A model generated the notes under the pieces. The model was not told the DNA's origin, did no database searches, and worked only from the letters and a program-made list of their open reading frames with translations. 27,330 bases of DNA from Patescibacteria group bacterium (GTDB lineage Bacteria > Patescibacteriota > Patescibacteriia > UBA2591 > PGYQ01): positions 1 to 27,330 of the forward strand of contig JAGUXS010000068.1 of assembly GCA_020061725.1 (NCBI GenBank), written 5' to 3'. Made by a program: the position numbers and the translations under genes. Shown in pieces: positions 26,314 through 27,330 of this stretch. Each line of letters opens with the position of its first letter. The stretch's first letter is position 1.

Positions 26314-26404
26314 AAAAATTTCTGTTTTTTCTTGCTTTATTTATTTTTTCTTCCATTTTTGTCATAATTTTGTCATTTGTTTTTTCTTTTATTTCATTGC
26401 TCAT
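26240..26404 (-). CDS. Small hypothetical ORF (54 aa), not in the supplied track
   Basis: MSNEIKEKTNDKIMTKMEEKINKARKNRNFYEYYKWLAFSKEEPEKICHNKKNF*; stops just after an A8 tract (T8 at 26247-26254). Confidence 0.45.
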   Translation of the reverse strand: MSNEIKEKTNDKIMTKMEEKINKARKNRNFYEYYKWLAFSKEEPEKICHNKKNF

Positions 26405-26498
26405 ATTTTAAACTTGGATATCCCTCCCTGTCCAAGTAATACATAAATAAAATAAATATTTTATAATTCGATTTTCGCTAATTAAAAAAATATTAAAT

Positions 26499-26518
26499 TT
26501 TAGCTAATCTTAGCTAAA
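26499..26518. promoter_or_regulatory. Operator-like palindrome TTTAGCTAA-TC-TTAGCTAAA
   Basis: Perfect 9-bp inverted repeat made of two TTAGCTAA units; a related TTTTAGCTGAAA lies at 26563-26574. Confidence 0.4.
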
Positions 26519-26600
26519 GAAATTCACTATAACAAATACCTCCATAAAATGATTCTGTGTTATTTTAGCTGAAAAGTATAATTTTTCAGTGAGAGTTGGG

Positions 26601-27330
26601 TTATAAATATTTTATCATATATTCATCTCTTAGTCTATATCCTAATTTTCTATAATATTCGCGGACACCGATGCCGGAGATTACGGCTATTTTTTTAATT
26701 TTAAAATTTTTTGTTTGTTTAAATTTTTTAAAAGAAAATTTTAACGAACGAACAATTTTTTCCGCTTCAATAATTAATTTTTTTCCAAAACCAAAATGTT
26801 GAATCGCTTTTTTGTCTTTTTCTCCAATGGCAACCATCTGTCCATAAGTATGAACTTCGCGAATAATCGCGCAATCTTTTAAAATTGTTAATTGTTGATT
26901 GTTAATTGTTGATCGAAATGATGGTATTCTTAATCGCAAAAAAGCATATAATTTTTTTCGTTTTAAATCTTCAAAACTTAAAAAATATTCTATACCTCCA
27001 GACGCTTCATATTTTTCAACAAATATTTTTAAATTTTGCATTTTACATTTTACATTTTGTATCTTTTTTACCTGTCTGCATCTAATGCATTGGCATTTTA
27101 AATTTTGTTTTTTCATTTCTTGTTGAACTATTTCTCGTAAATTTGAAACCTTGCTCCCAGCCTCAATGTTAGTTGATGGAATATCGCGAATCACTCGAAT
27201 AATTCTTACATATCGTGGAATAATTGATTTGATTTTAATCAAAAGATTTGTTAATTGTTTAGTGGAATATGGTTTATATTTTCCTTGTTTCCAAAGTTGA
27301 TAAAGTTTTGAATTTTTTGTCACAACGCAA
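26601..27330 (-). CDS. elp3: Elp3-like radical SAM/GNAT tRNA U34 acetyltransferase, C-terminal part (5' end outside the window)
   Basis: YVRIIRVIRDIP, CQCIRCR, FLRLR, IREVHTYG, QHFGFGKKL..EAE, VISGIGVREYYRKLGY; the frame is open to the window end (CVVTKNS). Confidence 0.9.
   Translation of the reverse strand, partial: CVVTKNSKLYQLWKQGKYKPYSTKQLTNLLIKIKSIIPRYVRIIRVIRDIPSTNIEAGSKVSNLREIVQQEMKKQNLKCQCIRCRQVKKIQNVKCKMQNLKIFVEKYEASGGIEYFLSFEDLKRKKLYAFLRLRIPSFRSTINNQQLTILKDCAIIREVHTYGQMVAIGEKDKKAIQHFGFGKKLIIEAEKIVRSLKFSFKKFKQTKNFKIKKIAVISGIGVREYYRKLGYRLRDEYMIKYL
26884..26911. repeat. In-frame heptamer array ATTGTT(A/G) x4 in elp3
   Basis: Read directly; encodes STINNQQLTI. Confidence 0.88.
27033..27060. 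repeat. In-frame heptamer array ATTTT(GC/AC/AC/GT) in elp3
   Basis: Read directly; encodes QNVKCKMQN. Confidence 0.85.

Overview
Very AT-rich housekeeping region, most likely from a Patescibacteria/CPR (Parcubacteria-like) bacterium using the standard genetic code. The assignment rests on the 16S variant GGCTGCAGTCGAGAAT, 16S insertions, SD-less starts and a fermentative gene set. It holds the 5' part of a 16S rRNA gene (minus strand, two apparent insertions), rfbA, valS, two tandem gpmI paralogs, an N-terminal-only UvrD/PcrA helicase, a D,D-carboxypeptidase, tpiA, a TPR protein, two tRNA-Thr genes, an AlkD-like protein, tmk, a Zn-ribbon protein, an ADP-forming acyl-CoA ligase, comEC, an amino-acid permease, a 3-gene ABC-2 exporter, rmuC, an N-terminal-only lepA, porB, small ORFans and a partial Elp3. 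The main unexplained signal is a family of 7-nt (once 8-nt) tandem repeats. They sit in frame in loops of ValRS, UvrD, TpiA, LepA and Elp3 (two sites), inside 16S helix 6, and as A-rich/T-rich inverted arrays abutting stops, starts and tRNAs. In the in-frame arrays, unit variants fall where an in-frame TAA would otherwise occur. Also notable are two half-genes ending near domain boundaries and an unannotated gene remnant after tRNA-Thr(TGT). All family assignments are by motif recognition; no database search was run.
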